Below are positions 42,728-55,954 of a DNA stretch of 64,000 nucleotides, one piece after another. The notes beneath the pieces were generated by a model. The model saw only the letters and a list, made by a program, of their open reading frames with translations, did no database searches and was not told where the DNA came from. Source of the stretch: Eledone cirrhosa (taxonomy: Eukaryota); contig OZ024755.1 in NCBI GenBank assembly GCA_964016885.1, forward strand, positions 37,076,001 through 37,140,000, given 5' to 3'. The position numbers and the translations under genes are program-made. Positions within the stretch are counted from its first letter, which is position 1; every line of letters starts with the position of its first letter.

Positions 42728-42780
42728 GAGATTCTACAGGACCAGAACTGTTTCATTCTTTAGAAATCATCAGGAATCTC
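42728..42780 (-). ncRNA. Complete type I hammerhead, family J
   Basis: Reverse complement reads GAGAUUC-CUGAUGA-UUUC-UAAA-GAAU-GAAA-CAG-loop-CUG-UA-GAAUCUC. A plus-strand copy truncated in stem I is at 42559-42608. Confidence 0.8.
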
Positions 42781-42896
42781 AGGAATCACATGCATACATA
42801 CAAATATATATATATATATATATAAAGAAAAAGAGATGAAATCAAAAATGCAACTGGAGTCTTATTTAAAAAAAATATATATATATTTATTTGGTT

Positions 42897-42934
42897 CCTT
42901 TACCGGTTTCGCAGTTCTTCTGCTTTTCAAAAGG
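42897..42934 (-). ncRNA. Minimal hammerhead with U3-A8 core, family H (fold-back 42824-43190; partner 43015-43052 +)
   Basis: Reverse complement reads CCUU-UUGAAAA-GCAG-AAGAA-CUGC-GAAA-CCGG-UA-AAGG. Confidence 0.75.
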
Positions 42935-43184
42935 TGAATTGAGATGGAGGGTCTGTGGTTTTTCTCACATGATGTGAGATGTGAGAAAAACCACAGACCC
43001 TCCATCTCAACTCACCTTTTGAAAAGCAGAAGAACTGCGAAACCAGTAAAGGAACCAAATAAATATATATATTTAAAAAAAAAAATAAGACTCCAGTTGC
43101 ATTTTCGATTTCATCTCTTTTTCTTTATACTTTCACTCGTGTAGGACACCTCGGTTATTTTTCATTTTGTAAAAAAAACCTCAC

Positions 43185-43225
<41 letters not shown>

Positions 43226-43719
43226 GCATACATATACATGCACACACACATGCATACACACACACACATATATATATATATAACCAAATGTTAATAAGTG
43301 TTATTCTTCAGTGTTGCATATAATAAGATTTGGTTGAATCGAAATAATAATACTTTCAAGAGTAAATATAACTAATAATTAATCCTATATGTAATTGACA
43401 ACTATTGATTTAAACTGATTGTAATGTTTATAATGTTCATAATTCTAAACATTATATAAATTGCATATGGTGGATTGGCAGTATCGGTAGAGGGTCGGAC
43501 GCCATGCTTTCCAGCATAGTTACGTCCCTTTATGATCTGAGTTCAAATCCCGCCGAGGTTGACTTTGCCTTTCATCCTTACAGGGTCGATAAAATAAAGT
43601 ACCAGTAATGCACTGGGTAATTGCTGGCCTTGTGCCTAAAGTAGAAACAATTATATAAATTGCATATACAGATGCTAATATACGATTAAGTTATGATAAA
43701 TACTCTCATATATATATAA

Positions 43720-44058
43720 GGTGTGTGGCTGAGTGGTTAGAGAATTGGATTCGCAATCGTAAGGTTGTGAGTTCGATTCCTGGACCAGGCGATGCGTTAT
43801 GTCCTTGAGCAAGACACTTTATTTCACGTTGCTCCTTCTACCCGGAGTTGCGACCGATAGATAGTATTAGCAATTGGAAAGACCAACGGAAACATTGTTC
43901 CCTCGGTCCGATTTGACGAAAGTCGATCGATAAAAAAAAAATATATATATATATATATATGTGTGTGTATTTCTATGTTGAAACCGATAGATTGTGTTAG
44001 CAATTAAAAGACCAACGGAAACATTGTTCCCTCGGTCCGATTTGACGAAAGTCGATCG
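43720..44058 (+). mobile_element. SINE family 2, full length, plus duplicated 3' part
   Basis: A box TGGCTGAGTGG, B box GAGTTCGATTCC and CORE-like segment. The 3' ~75 bp are repeated at 43983-44058. Confidence 0.85.
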
Positions 44059-44397
44059 TTTAAAAAAAAATATATTTACTATATCTGTAAACATCATTGG
44101 TAGTTAATAATTGTTTCTACATTTGGCACAAGGCCAGCAATTACCCAGTGTATTACTGGTACTTTATTTTATCGACCCCGTAAGGATGAAAGGCAAAGTT
44201 AACCTCGGCGGGATTTGAACTCAGAATGGCAAGGGCCGTAACTCTATGCGTCAAAGCATGGCGTTCGACCCTCTACCGATTCTGCCAATCCAATAATGAT
44301 TCTGATTTTGAATTTTGTAACTTAATATTGAATATATTTATTAATTTAACTATGCTCCTAATTATCATTGAAAATATCTTATATTGTTTAATTTTGA

Positions 44398-44716
44398 TAT
44401 AATATAATAGTATATTATATAATAGTATATTATATAATAGTATATAATATAATAGTATATTATATAATAGTATATAATATAATAATATATTATATAATAG
44501 TATATAATATAATAGTGTATTATATAATAGTATATTATATAATAATATATAATATAATAGTATATAATATAATAGTATATTATATAATAGTATATTATAT
44601 AATAGTATATAATATAATAGTATATAACATAATAGTATATTATATAATAGTTTATTATATAATAGTATATAATATAATAGTATATTATATAATAGTATAT
44701 TATATAATAGTATAAT
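44398..44716. repeat. 15-bp AT-rich minisatellite, ~21 copies
   Basis: Unit TATAATAGTATA(T/A)TA and variants. Confidence 0.92.
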
Positions 44717-45194
44717 TTGCTCAAATATAACCAAATACAATAGATTAAAAATTTCACGATATTTAATTGGTCACTTCTACCTGACTTAATATTTGAAAAA
44801 AAAACTGCCACGCATCATGTCCCTTTCTTCTTTCTTTCTTTTTTATTTCTTTTCCTTTACAGTTATGTATTCCATTCTCTATTATATCTCCTTCTACTTC
44901 CTTTTATCTTCATCTTTTTACTTTCTTCCCTCCTCTCTTATATTTAGCACTCTCTCTCTCTTTTGTTTTTTCTCTAACACAGATATTTACGGGTTATTTA
45001 TGTCTACTATATTTTCTCATACTCACCCCCTCCTAAAACTTGTATATCGCTACATATCCCTCTCTCCATCACATTTAGTTTGTCATGTTATTACTTGTGC
45101 TATATAAATATTGAGTTTTGTTGTAATAAATCACTGCCAAGACTGTAATTGAACCATCAACACAGTTGAGGTATGTCATACATCAATTCATATA

Positions 45195-45256
45195 TTTTAT
45201 CTGATGAGGACGTACTGAAAAAACGGCACAGTACCTCCGAAATATATATAATAAAA
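45195..45256 (+). ncRNA. Type I hammerhead, family A-related
   Basis: UUUUAU-CUGAUGA-GGACGUACUG-loop-CAGUACCUCC-GAAA-UAUAUA-UA-AUAAAA, preceded by a pyrimidine-rich PLE-like 3' region. Confidence 0.8.
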
Positions 45257-45304
45257 CATATATTTTGATTATGTAAATGTCTCCATTTATTAATATTTTG
45301 AATA

Positions 45305-45341
<37 letters not shown>

Positions 45342-45711
45342 TACTCTCTTTGTGGTTACGTTTAACGGTTTAATTAGTATTAATGCATAGGTATATAATT
45401 TGATTAAATCAATACTATAGTTCCCCTCACACCCTTTCTCAACCGTAGCCTCTATGTTCTTTTGAGGACTTTTGTGTATATAATTGTTGCTAACATGTTG
45501 ATATATTCTATATATGTATTAATAGTGAGTTATTAGAGCTACGATAACACTAGCGTCACTCTCTACAGACCTTTACATTGGATATTACTGACGTGAGAAG
45601 ATAAACATTCCATGCATAGCTCTCTGCTCTTTTGCTACAGAAAGAAAGTTTGGCATGGACTTGCAGCTTAGAGAAGAACCTTTGAAACGCACATCTATAT
45701 TTGCACAAGAT

Positions 45712-46580
45712 ATCATCATCATCATCATCATCATCATCAGCCGAAATGGACTCAACAATTGATCTCCACGTGGGTCTGTTGTTCATTGCCGTGGCCAAGT
45801 CCTGGATTTCAATACCAGAATCTCTGGAAATGACATCAGGATAAAAGAGCTTGTGTCCCCTGTTATTAGTGACTGCTTGTGGTTTCCAAAGCACTAATGG
45901 GGACACAGCCTCATAGGTGGCACGATGGCAGTGGCCAGCAAATTGGGATAGGAGAGCTTGTGCCCCCTGTTATTAGTGACTACTTGTGGTTTCCAAAGCA
46001 CTAATGGGGACACAGCCTCATAGGTGGCACGATGGCAGTGGCCAGCAAATTGGGATAGGAGAGCTTGTGTCCCCTGTTATTAGTGACTGCTTGAGGTTTC
46101 CAAAGCCTCATAGGTGGCACGATGGCAGTGGCCAGCAAATTGGGATAGGAGAGCTTGCGCCCCCTGTTATTAGTGACTACTTGAGGTTTCCAAAGCACTA
46201 ATGGGGACACAGCCTCATAGGTGGCACGATGGCAGTGGTCAACAAATTGGGATAGGAGAGCTTGCGCCCCCTGTTATTAGTGACTGCTTGAGGTTTCCAA
46301 AGCACTAATGGGGACACAGCCTCATAGGTGGCACAATGGCAGTGGCCAGCAAATCTTACTCTCCTTTTACTTACGACAGATATGTGTGGGAGGCCGACAT
46401 ATATCTCTCTAGAAGTCAGATGTCGCCAGCTTATGTTCTGACTACGTTGAAGCAGACGAGTGTAAGTGACATCAAGGTGCTTTTGTTGTTTGGAAGAAAG
46501 CGTCTATGTTTCACCTCCATATAGCAAGATTGGTTAAATTGTTACTTCGAGGTCACCAATGTTCTGAATATATAAATCGT
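45712..46580 (-). mobile_element. RTE LINE 3' fragment with internal 107-bp tandem amplification
   Basis: PILLYGGET..LDVTYTRLL..RRVRFAGHCHRA..PLVLWKP..AMNNRPTWR, with a (GAT)n tail. Repeat units start at 45847, 45954, 46061, 46151 and 46258. Confidence 0.85.
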
Positions 46581-48042
46581 CGGGTTCCCTTTGCTCGGAG
46601 TCAATGGAATAAGTATTAGTTATAAACTGCAATGAACTTAATCGAAAGCCTGTGTTGCAACAAACAATTTTAAAAATTATTATTTCAACTGTTGCCAAGT
46701 TTTAGTCAATATCGTTTGTTTACAGCTATTTGTGTCTCATTTAACTACAATTTGTATTATTATTTATTTATAACAATGTGTAAACAACTTGGCGATCGTG
46801 AGGCGTCAGTAGTTTCAAGCTAGTCATATTATTGGAGAACTGGTATATATATATATATATATCAATCTAGTCTATATATCAATTCATATATATATTCTCT
46901 GCCCGATTTCATTTTTCTTCTTTCTAAACTTCTACATTAATTTGTTGAGCAAGACTGGTTTCGAATTATAAATCTATTTATTTTTACCCTGCTATAGAAG
47001 CAAAGACTCTGATACTGACCCACATTTTTGACGATATATGTGTATATGCGTTTGTGTGTATGTATGTATGTATGTATGTATGTATGTATGTATGTATGTA
47101 TGTATGTATGTATGTATGTATGTATGTATGTGTGAGTGTATGTGTATGCGTGTGTCTGTGTGTGTGTCTGTGTTTGTGTGTGTGTGTATGTTTGTGTGCG
47201 TTTGTGTGTCTGTGTGTCAGTGTGTATATAATTATCAATATAATGTGATTGTGTCTGTCTACACGTGGGCTTGCTTTCAGAAATGCGCAGCAGAATCAAT
47301 TAATTAATTCCTACACGTGCTGATATTCTTCACCAGTCCTGAATGTTCAACAGGTGTCAGAAAGACAGCCACCGATTCATGTTCTTCTTTTAGCTTTTTT
47401 AATTCCTCGACGCTGTAAACTTTTAAGTGACCTTTGCTCCCACAATTATAGCAGCTAAGATTTCGGCCGTGCATTGTCAGTCACTGTTATTTAATTTCTG
47501 TGCCCCATGCCTCCGGAATGGGCCTCGATATGTGAGGGATCCTAGGAACATCTACTTCTATACAGCCGCCTCCCAACCCCTTGCTGCTTTCCGTGGACTC
47601 TGCCTTTACCACTTATTCATATTCCTCCACAAAGATAAGCACAAGTCAAGGGGGGTCAACATTGCTACCAATGCCCTTTACTGTATCCCCTTTGTTACAC
47701 TAACATTTATATAAAGAATTTCGGGGTTAACACTTGTCCAGGAGATACTCCACGCCGGGGCCGTGGGGAGGCCAGCACGTGGGACCTCATTTGCTCACCA
47801 TACAGAGAGATGGGGAGGGGGAGAGAGATGGAGGTGATGACAGTGGGAGTTCGGCTCTTCCACGTTCGGACCATAACCTTATGGTTGTGTTTTTTTATAA
47901 CAATGCAGTGAATATGGAAGGCACTTATTACTCAGAGGGCTCTAAATGAAACTAAAGCATTTCAAAATATTTTGAGAATAATATATCATTATAAATGGAA
48001 TTTTTAGGGAAATATGTTGTACGGTACAAGATGAAATAACTA

Positions 48043-48240
48043 AATATTCTGGTACAAACAGTAATATCGAAACATACTGACATATGTGCAATCATCTTTA
48101 TAAAATGTTGACCGCCGCTTAAATAACTTCTCCAATAGCTTCCTAATATTCTGGTACAAACAGTAATGTCGAAACATACTGACGTATGTCCAACCATCTT
48201 TACAAAATACTGACCGCCTCTTAAATAGCTTCTCCATCAT
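48043..48240. repeat. ~103-bp direct tandem duplication
   Basis: AATATTCTGGTACAAACAGTAAT at 48043 and 48146. Confidence 0.85.
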
Positions 48241-48899
48241 ATGTTCTCAATCCATTCGATATTAGACTTTTACAATTTACCGAGTAATATATTGTAATCA
48301 ATATTAACAATTCTCTTTCAGATATGTGAATATGCTCACATGATTATTTTTGTCCATACAATTACTAATCTCTTTAAATGATTCAATTAGCGTCGAAGAG
48401 GTTTATCTTCTGCAATTAATTTTCGTTCTTCAATAAATTTATATATGCTTTCAGTAAAAGAATTTTCCCAATATCTTAGAAGATTGGGGAGGTAAAGGAC
48501 AAGCCCGTTGTAAAATGATGATTATATCCAGTTTTATATAATGATATTTATTTTTTGCGATTTTTATTTTGCTTGGAAATGGATTTTGAAAGGACATGTT
48601 ACATGTTTTGTAATTGAGGATTTACAATTCTTTCAATGGAAATTGTTGTATCAATAGATGCAGCATAAAGGAATCGTTAAAAACTTCGCAATCGTGAGCT
48701 CTCGAGTTTGATCCCACTCCGTGGCACTTTGGGCAAGTAGAATTTACTATAACCTCGGGTTGATCCATAAATTGAGAGGAAGAATATGTAGACGCAATTC
48801 TCTCGAAACCGATTTGATGGACTGCATCTATAATTCAAAAACAAGAAGCGATTAGAAAGGAATGCTACAGACAAGGTAGATTACGCCTTAAGTTTTAAT

Positions 48900-49125
48900 G
48901 AAATGCAAAGGATAAGGTAATAGGCATCAATATTCTTGTGATCCTAGAAATAAGCTACAGTTTAAATATTCTGAACTGGACTGTAAATGAAATAGCAGGT
49001 CTAGAACAAAGGACAAGGAAAATAATTACCTCATTTAGAAGACATCACACGAAATCATGTGAAGAAACAGTATACATTCGACTAACATAGGAAGGTAGGA
49101 GTTTTATGAAACTAGAAAACTCTAT
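48900..49125 (+). pseudogene. Degenerate R4/Dong-like LINE RT C-terminal fragment
   Basis: NAKDKVIGINIL..SYSLNILNWT..EIAGLEQRTRKII...HHTKS..VYIRLT*EGRS. Confidence 0.6.
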
Positions 49126-50409
49126 TACACATAGACAGTGAGATTAAAGCCAACCAACTAGATATTTCAAAAGAAATGTCTTCTAGTTTAAAATAGAGAA
49201 ATTATCTTAATATAAATATGTGGAGATAGATATAATAAAACTGTGAATGAGGGAAAAAGAAACAATCCCTATAACGATAAGGGCACTAGGAATAATACAA
49301 ACAAACTGACAAGACACCCAACAAAAACCTCAAGACTTGCAAATATATAGAGCATACAATAAATAGCTATGCTAGGCACAGTACAGATGTGAATATAACA
49401 CTCAATACAATAGAAACAACAACAAATGCAACGCTGACAATGGAGAGACGACACACAATAATAATTGTTTCTACTTTGTAGACACAAGGCCAGCAATTAC
49501 CCAGTGCGTGACTGGTACTTTATTTTATCGACCCCGTAAGGATGAAAGGCAAAGTTAACCTCGGCGGGATTTGAACTCAGTACGTTACTATGTCGTAACT
49601 AAATACCACAAAGCTTGTTGTCCGGCGCTCTACCGATTCCGCCATTCCAATAATATATAATAATAATAATAATAAACATATTTTAAATTATTTATTTAAG
49701 CCTGTGCTTGTGCGATTTTGTGTGAATATGAGCGAAGGGTGCAAAGATGCATAACTGTTAGAATCTTGTATATAGAAAACAAAACAACTAAAGTGGTAAC
49801 ATGTGCCAGGTTGATCTTCCTCTTTAAATCTAATTTAATCTGGCTGAGTTTTTTTAGATGGCCGTTGACTCTTATGAGTTCTTCCGCCCTTTGTCAGGTT
49901 TTGTTTTTTGTCCTGCAGGGTGTCGAAAATCACCCTCCCTCACCAAGTAAACTTGCCGGTTTAGTCGCCGACGACCTGACCATGCGACAGGTTGTACTGG
50001 GTTACATGCTACCAGTAGCACTCAAGAGTGACCTGACAATATGAAATGGTCACCAAAATCTTCTTCAAAACAGACAGAAACACTTATGTGGAAGCTGTTA
50101 TAGGTGTGCTGTATTGGAATAGCATAACCACTCTTGCAACACATATCGTATGTCCAATTGATTAAGGGCCACACATACTGAAGCACTAACAGCAATAACT
50201 GTTTCTAAAAACATATTCTACTTATTTATATTTGTCTAAGATTTCTTTTCTTGATGACTTTCTTTATTTCATTATCCTTCAAAGCACTCAACTGCCCTCT
50301 CTCTCTGCTCCTCACTTGTTCTCTCTCAGCTTCTCTCTCGCTCTCTCTCTTTCTCTGCTTCTCTCTCTCTCTCTTTCTGCTTCTCTCTCTCCCTCTCTCT
50401 CTCTCTGAT

Positions 50410-50445
<36 letters not shown>

Positions 50446-51634
50446 CTTATCTCTCTCTCTGCTTCTCTCTCTCTCTCTCTGCTTCCCGCTCTCTCTCCGC
50501 TTATCTGTCTGTCTCTCTCTATGCTTCTCTTTCTCCTTCTCCCTCTTGCTCTCTCTCTGCCTCTCTCCATCACAAGTTTTATGGCATTATTTTTAGTTTT
50601 ATTTGGCGGTGGATTGGCGGTATCGGTAGAGGGTCGGACGCCATGCTTCGCAGCATAGAGTTATGGCCCTTTGCGTTCTGAGTTCAAATCCCGCCGAGGT
50701 TAACTTTGCATTTCATCCTTATGGGGTCGATAAAATAAGGTACCAGTAATAGACTGGGATAATTGCTGGCCTTGTGCAATTATTAAAGCAATTATTTTTA
50801 GTTTTATCTTATTAGTGTCCTATTTAAGCCTCATGTGAAATTCAATCGTAAAACATTTGTTTTACAAGCGCATTCATATGAGAAATAATAATAAGGAATA
50901 AAAAATATATATTAAGTGTTTTCTTTGTTATATATATACATACACACACGTGTATATATATATGGACCTTCCAGTTTCATTGCATATTATATACATGTCT
51001 GTGTATATTTTAATTATATAACAATTATTTTTAAGTGAACATCATTTTTTAAAAGTATTTTGAAGTGAATATGACCCAACGGGTCACGGGTGGTCTAGTA
51101 TCATATAGTTATCGTATTCCAACTCTAGATAAATGGAAATCCATGCATATAACATTCAAAATATTATCGACGAATACGGTCTAGTACCATATGTTTTCTA
51201 AGAAATTGTTGCTTTTGAAATAATTATGCTCATTCTAACGTAATAGCCTGAAGTGGAACATTGTTTCAGGTGGAAATATTCCGAGGTTAAAATGAACCAA
51301 ATGTATGGAGTTAATCATTCACAAGCTAAATGAAAGAAAACTACTTTCAGTGCATGATAGACCCAAAATATCTATTTGATTAACTATTAAATAACAAATG
51401 TTATTTCCATGCAGAAAAATTAGCTATTTATCGACTATTTATCACCATTTAATCTATTATCCCAATCCCAAGAAATGTTTATGAAACAATACATAAGTCA
51501 AATATAATTTTAGTGAAACGAGAGATTATTAAAGATAGTGAATGTATCAAGGCGTGTTTCTTAATTTCCAGAACAAAAGCCTTTTCCGTGTTAATACATA
51601 TTTTCTCTATAGTCTAAAACAGATACAACTTATG

Positions 51635-52188
51635 ATAATTGTTTCTACTTTTGGCACAAGGCCAGCAATTATCCCAGTGTATTACTGGTACTTTATTTTA
51701 TCGACCTCGTAAGGATGAAAGACAAAGTTAACCTCGACATTACAACTTACGATAATTGTTTCTACTTTAGGCACAAGGCCAGCAATTATCCCAGTGTATT
51801 ACTGGTACTTTATTTTATCGACCTCGTAAGGATGAAAGGCAAAGTAAACCTCGGCGGGATTTGAACTCAGACCGTAAAGGGACGTAACTATGCTGGAAAG
51901 CATGGCGTCCGACTCTCTACTGATACTGCCAATATGATAATGGTTTCTGATTTAGGTCAACCATTTTGGGGGAGGGGAAGTCGATTAACTCGACCCTAGT
52001 GCGTTACTGGTACTTTATTCTATCGGTCGCGTAAAAATGAAAGGCAAAGCTAACCTCGGCGGTATTTGAACTCTGACAGTAAGGGCCTTAACTCTATGCT
52101 GTAAAGCATGGCGTCCGATCCTCTACCGATACTGCCAATCCACCACCCATGCGTACGATCCTCTACCGATACTGCCAATCCACCGCCC
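51635..52188 (-). mobile_element. Tandem cluster of three SINE family 1 copies
   Basis: One truncated and two near-full copies, with a duplicated 5' end at 52156-52188. Confidence 0.88.
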
Positions 52189-52498
52189 TTGTGGTGATTA
52201 ATAAGATAAGATCAACGTTGCTTTTCCTCATTCCAATGTCAATAAAATAGCTACCAGTGAAGAACAAGGTTCATATATTTCACTGTTCCTTAATTTAAAT
52301 ATAAGATCCTGGACCTATGCAAGAATCCAATATCACATTTCATATTCCATCAAGCCATTTCCAATTTACTACGGGATAAAGTCTCATATTTCCCTTTCTG
52401 GTTTACCTATGCTGGGAAAAATGTTATTTTACTTATTATCACAAAAAATTAAATTTAAACTAGGTTAGATTTCAATTTCAGTGCGCATATATAATTAA

Positions 52499-53112
52499 TG
52501 TAAGGTCCTTACCCCGGCACCTTTCATATAGAATTACTGTAAGGTCCTTACCCCGACACCTTTCATATAGAATTACTGTAAGGAACTTACCCCGACACCT
52601 TTCATATAGAATTACTGTAAGGTCCTTACCGAGGCACCTTTCATATAGAATTACTGTAAGGTCCTTACCCCGACACCTTTCATATAGAATTACTGTAAGG
52701 TCCTTGCCCCGACACCTTTCATATAGAATTACTGTAAGGTCCTTACCCCCGACACCTTTCATATAGAATTACTGTAAGGTCCTTACTACGATACCTTTCA
52801 TATACAATTACTGTAAGATCCTTACTCCGACACCTTTCATATAGAATTACTGTAAGGTCCTTACCCCAACACCTTTCATATAGAATTACTGTAAGGTCCT
52901 TACCCCGGCACCTTTCATATAGAATTACTGTAAGGTCCTTACCCCGACACCTTTCATATACAATTACTGTAAGGTCCTTACCCCGACACCTTTCATATAC
53001 AATTACTGTAAGGTCCTTACCCCGACACCTTTCATATACAATTACTGTAAGGTCCTTACCCCGACACCTTTCATATAGAATTACTGTAAGGTCCTTACCC
53101 CGACACCTTTCA
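52499..53112. repeat. 39-bp minisatellite, ~15.5 copies
   Basis: Unit TGTAAGGTCCTTACCCCGACACCTTTCATATAGAATTAC, with no unique spacers. Confidence 0.95.
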
Positions 53113-53464
53113 TTATTTCGAAATTGACAACTAAGGTGCTAATCCAGTAGTGGGGTCGATTCTTACTCGATATTTTCTAATCACGTTCTCTTGTTCTCTC
53201 TCCCCCGCTGGAAGAAACTGACTATGCTCGGATTTGGAGGGGGATAGTGCCTCTAAGTTTACGATACTCAAATACACTCTATGTTTGAGGGCCGCACCTA
53301 TATGACGCCACCAGAAGATGAAGGCTCTGATGTTTTCTCTGAGTAAAACGTAAGCTATGGATTGTTATAATCATGAGTAAATATAGAGTAAGAATCCATC
53401 TGACTAGCATTTTAGTTGTCAATCTGGAAATAGTGAAAGGAAATGTTGATCTCAGCATGAATTT

Positions 53465-53910
53465 AATGTATGCCACTGGCAGCGACACTTTCTTCAGCCG
53501 CAACCTGGTACAGTCTGCGACTAACCCAGGTTCTGCTGAACTTCGGGCTGAGGAGGCCAAACTCTCCAAGTACCGGTCGCTCTCCGACAGGTTTGCGGTC
53601 GTGCCCTTGGCAGTGGAGACTACTGGTGTCCTTTGTCCTAGGGCTACCTCCCTACTCACTACCAAAGGCGCTGAGCTGGCCAGCCGCAGGTGTGAGCCTC
53701 GCGAGATGGAATGGCTTTTCCAGCGCATCTCCCTTACCATCCTCCGGGGAAACGCCTTCTCCATTCTGTCCGCCGGGGCTGTGGAGAGGCCAGCACGTGG
53801 GACCCCATTTGCGCACCATAAGCAGAGATGGGGAGGGAGAGAGAGATGGGGGCGATGACAGTGGGAATTCGGCTCTTCTGTGTTCGGACACATTGCACCT
53901 GTCAAGAGTG
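53465..53910 (+). mobile_element. CRE-clade LINE 3' end (restriction-like endonuclease)
   Basis: ATGSDTF..AEEAKLSKY..VPLAVETTGVL..WLFQRISLTILRGNAFSIL. Other pieces at 54300-54495(-), 47750-47875(+) and 59030-59130(-). Confidence 0.8.
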
Positions 53911-55138
53911 TATAGTGATGAACTTATAGCTGATATTTCCGGCTTTCTGCGCCCTGAATTGGGGTCTCCACTGCGTCTGGTGAGCACATCGATCCTGGAG
54001 TCAAAGATGCTTGTAGTCAATTGTGTCTACGTTGTCAATCTCGAACAATGAAAGGCAATGTCGACCTCAGCATGATATTAATGCATGCAACAAGGCCCAT
54101 CTATTCACATAAGCACACACATATTCAACGAAAAGAAAACTGTCACAGTCACACTTGACAATATTAGATATCACTCAATGCTTCATCAGGACTGAGATGA
54201 GATGAAATACCGTATATACTCGAGTATAAGCCGGTTCAGATATAAGTCGGCCCCTATTTGGCAACAAAACCTGAAGACAGTGGGGTTGTCACAAGTATGA
54301 AAATACACTCTTAACAGGTACAATGTGTTCGAACACGGAAGAGCCGAACTCCCGCATCTCTCTCGCTCTCCCCATCTCTCTGTATAGTGAGCAAATGGGG
54401 TCCCACGTGCTGGCCGCCCCACAGCCCCGGCGGACAGAATGGAGAAGGCGTTTCCCCGGAGGATGGTAAGGGAGATGCTCTGAAAGAGCCATTCTATAAA
54501 TATATATATATACATATAGAGATTACAATAATCAAAGTTCAGTTTAAGTCATTTATTTGCTTACAATTGTTTCCTCCAAACCGAGGTTTGGATTCTTCGG
54601 AGCAACTATTTACTGATCTATAACATACTTGACCTCCTTTTCAACCCAAGAGACACATAAAACATATGCGCATATTGATCAACAGTGGGGTGACATTCAT
54701 CAAATGATATAGCATGGCAATTTACATATAAAGGTTGATTATTGTAATCTCTATATAACTGCTCTGTAAAACAACTGATGTTATTACATTGAGCTATTTA
54801 TCTTACTGGTAATAGGATAGTAATTAATGACCATCTTTCACTATTTAGGGTTTGTGTATATATAATATATTACCATTAAAGGTTTTATTGCATACATAAC
54901 CATAAATAGTACCCTTAATACTATATATACATATATATATAAATTAATAAAAACAATGAAATAAAAACAAATTGATAGATTGGCATATAGACAGACAGAC
55001 ATATTGACAGACAGACGGGCAGGCTGGCGGATAGATAGATAGATAGATTTCTATGTTTATATATATATATATATATAAATTAATAAAAATAATGAATAAA
55101 AACAAAGAAACAGTTCCTTATATTAAAAAAATTCATCA

Positions 55139-55264
55139 TTTTACGATCGTTTCTAGGATGTATATGTGTGTGTTGGTATGTATATCATATAGATCTATGT
55201 AAAAATATGACAAATTATCAGAGGAAATATACATACCCTCACATATACATGCTGTCGTCAGAAA
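55139..55264 (-). ncRNA. Hammerhead with ~100-nt stem II, family F (in fold-back 55078-55470)
   Basis: Reverse complement reads UUU-CUGACGA-[long hairpin]-GAAA-CGAUCG-UA-AAA. The inverted arm starts at the shared AGAAA at 55260. Confidence 0.65.
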
Positions 55265-55954
55265 CGATCGTAAAATGATGAATTTTTTAATATAAGGAAC
55301 TCGTTCTTTGTTTTTATTTCATTGTTTTTATTAATTTATCTTGACTCTGTTTTCCTATGATTTTCATCGAACATTTTTGAATGAATTTTCTCTTTTCATG
55401 ATATTTGGATTACATTGAGTTCTCCATACGGATTGGACACTACCGTATATTTTGGTAGATTTATCTATTTATATATATGAAAATATATGACCCCGACGGC
55501 AGAGCTCAAGCCGTTTCGATGGCTATTCCAGAAATAGCCGTCGAAACGGCTTGAGCTCTGCCGTCGGGGTCATACATTTTCCTATTACCCACTCTACTAC
55601 CCTAAGTATTGAGTACTCTGGTGCGTTATGGGCCATCTGGTTCCTTACCACAACTCCTTCGTTATATATATATATATATAGAGAGAGAGGGAGAGAGAGT
55701 GAGGGAGGGAGAAAGAGAGAGAGAAAGAAAGAGAGTGAGAGAGAAAGAGAGAGAAAGTGAGAGAGGACAGGCGAGAGAGAGAGAAAGACATGAGAGGAGA
55801 AGAAATAAAGACACCAGTGTGTACAGGCTGTACTTGATATCACTGTTATAACAGCTTGCACCATATATGTTCTGGGTGTCAAGTATGAAATGTGTAAACA
55901 TTTGTTTTATATCTACAATTTCCTACAAATTTCATACTTGACGACTCGATATAT

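Noticed and set aside
43720-43795. tRNA-like sequence with A and B boxes
   Set aside because: It is the head of a repeated SINE continuing into a CORE-like body, with no intact acceptor stem or terminator.
47400-47480. Minus-strand CYNCGSKGH, gag zinc-knuckle-like
   Set aside because: The last Cys is missing and no other gag/pol or LTR is seen; possibly a remnant but unsupported.
52220-52410. Minus-strand peptide vaguely like a P450 heme region (DSCIGPGSY)
   Set aside because: Multiple stops and no FxxGxRxC motif.
52499-53112. Regular 39-bp array resembling CRISPR
   Set aside because: Units are contiguous with no unique spacers, there are no cas genes, and the context is eukaryotic.
54208-54265. 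CCGTATATACTCGAGTATAAGCCG, similar to a Tc1/mariner-superfamily TIR
   Set aside because: Only one end is visible, with no partner TIR or transposase in the window.
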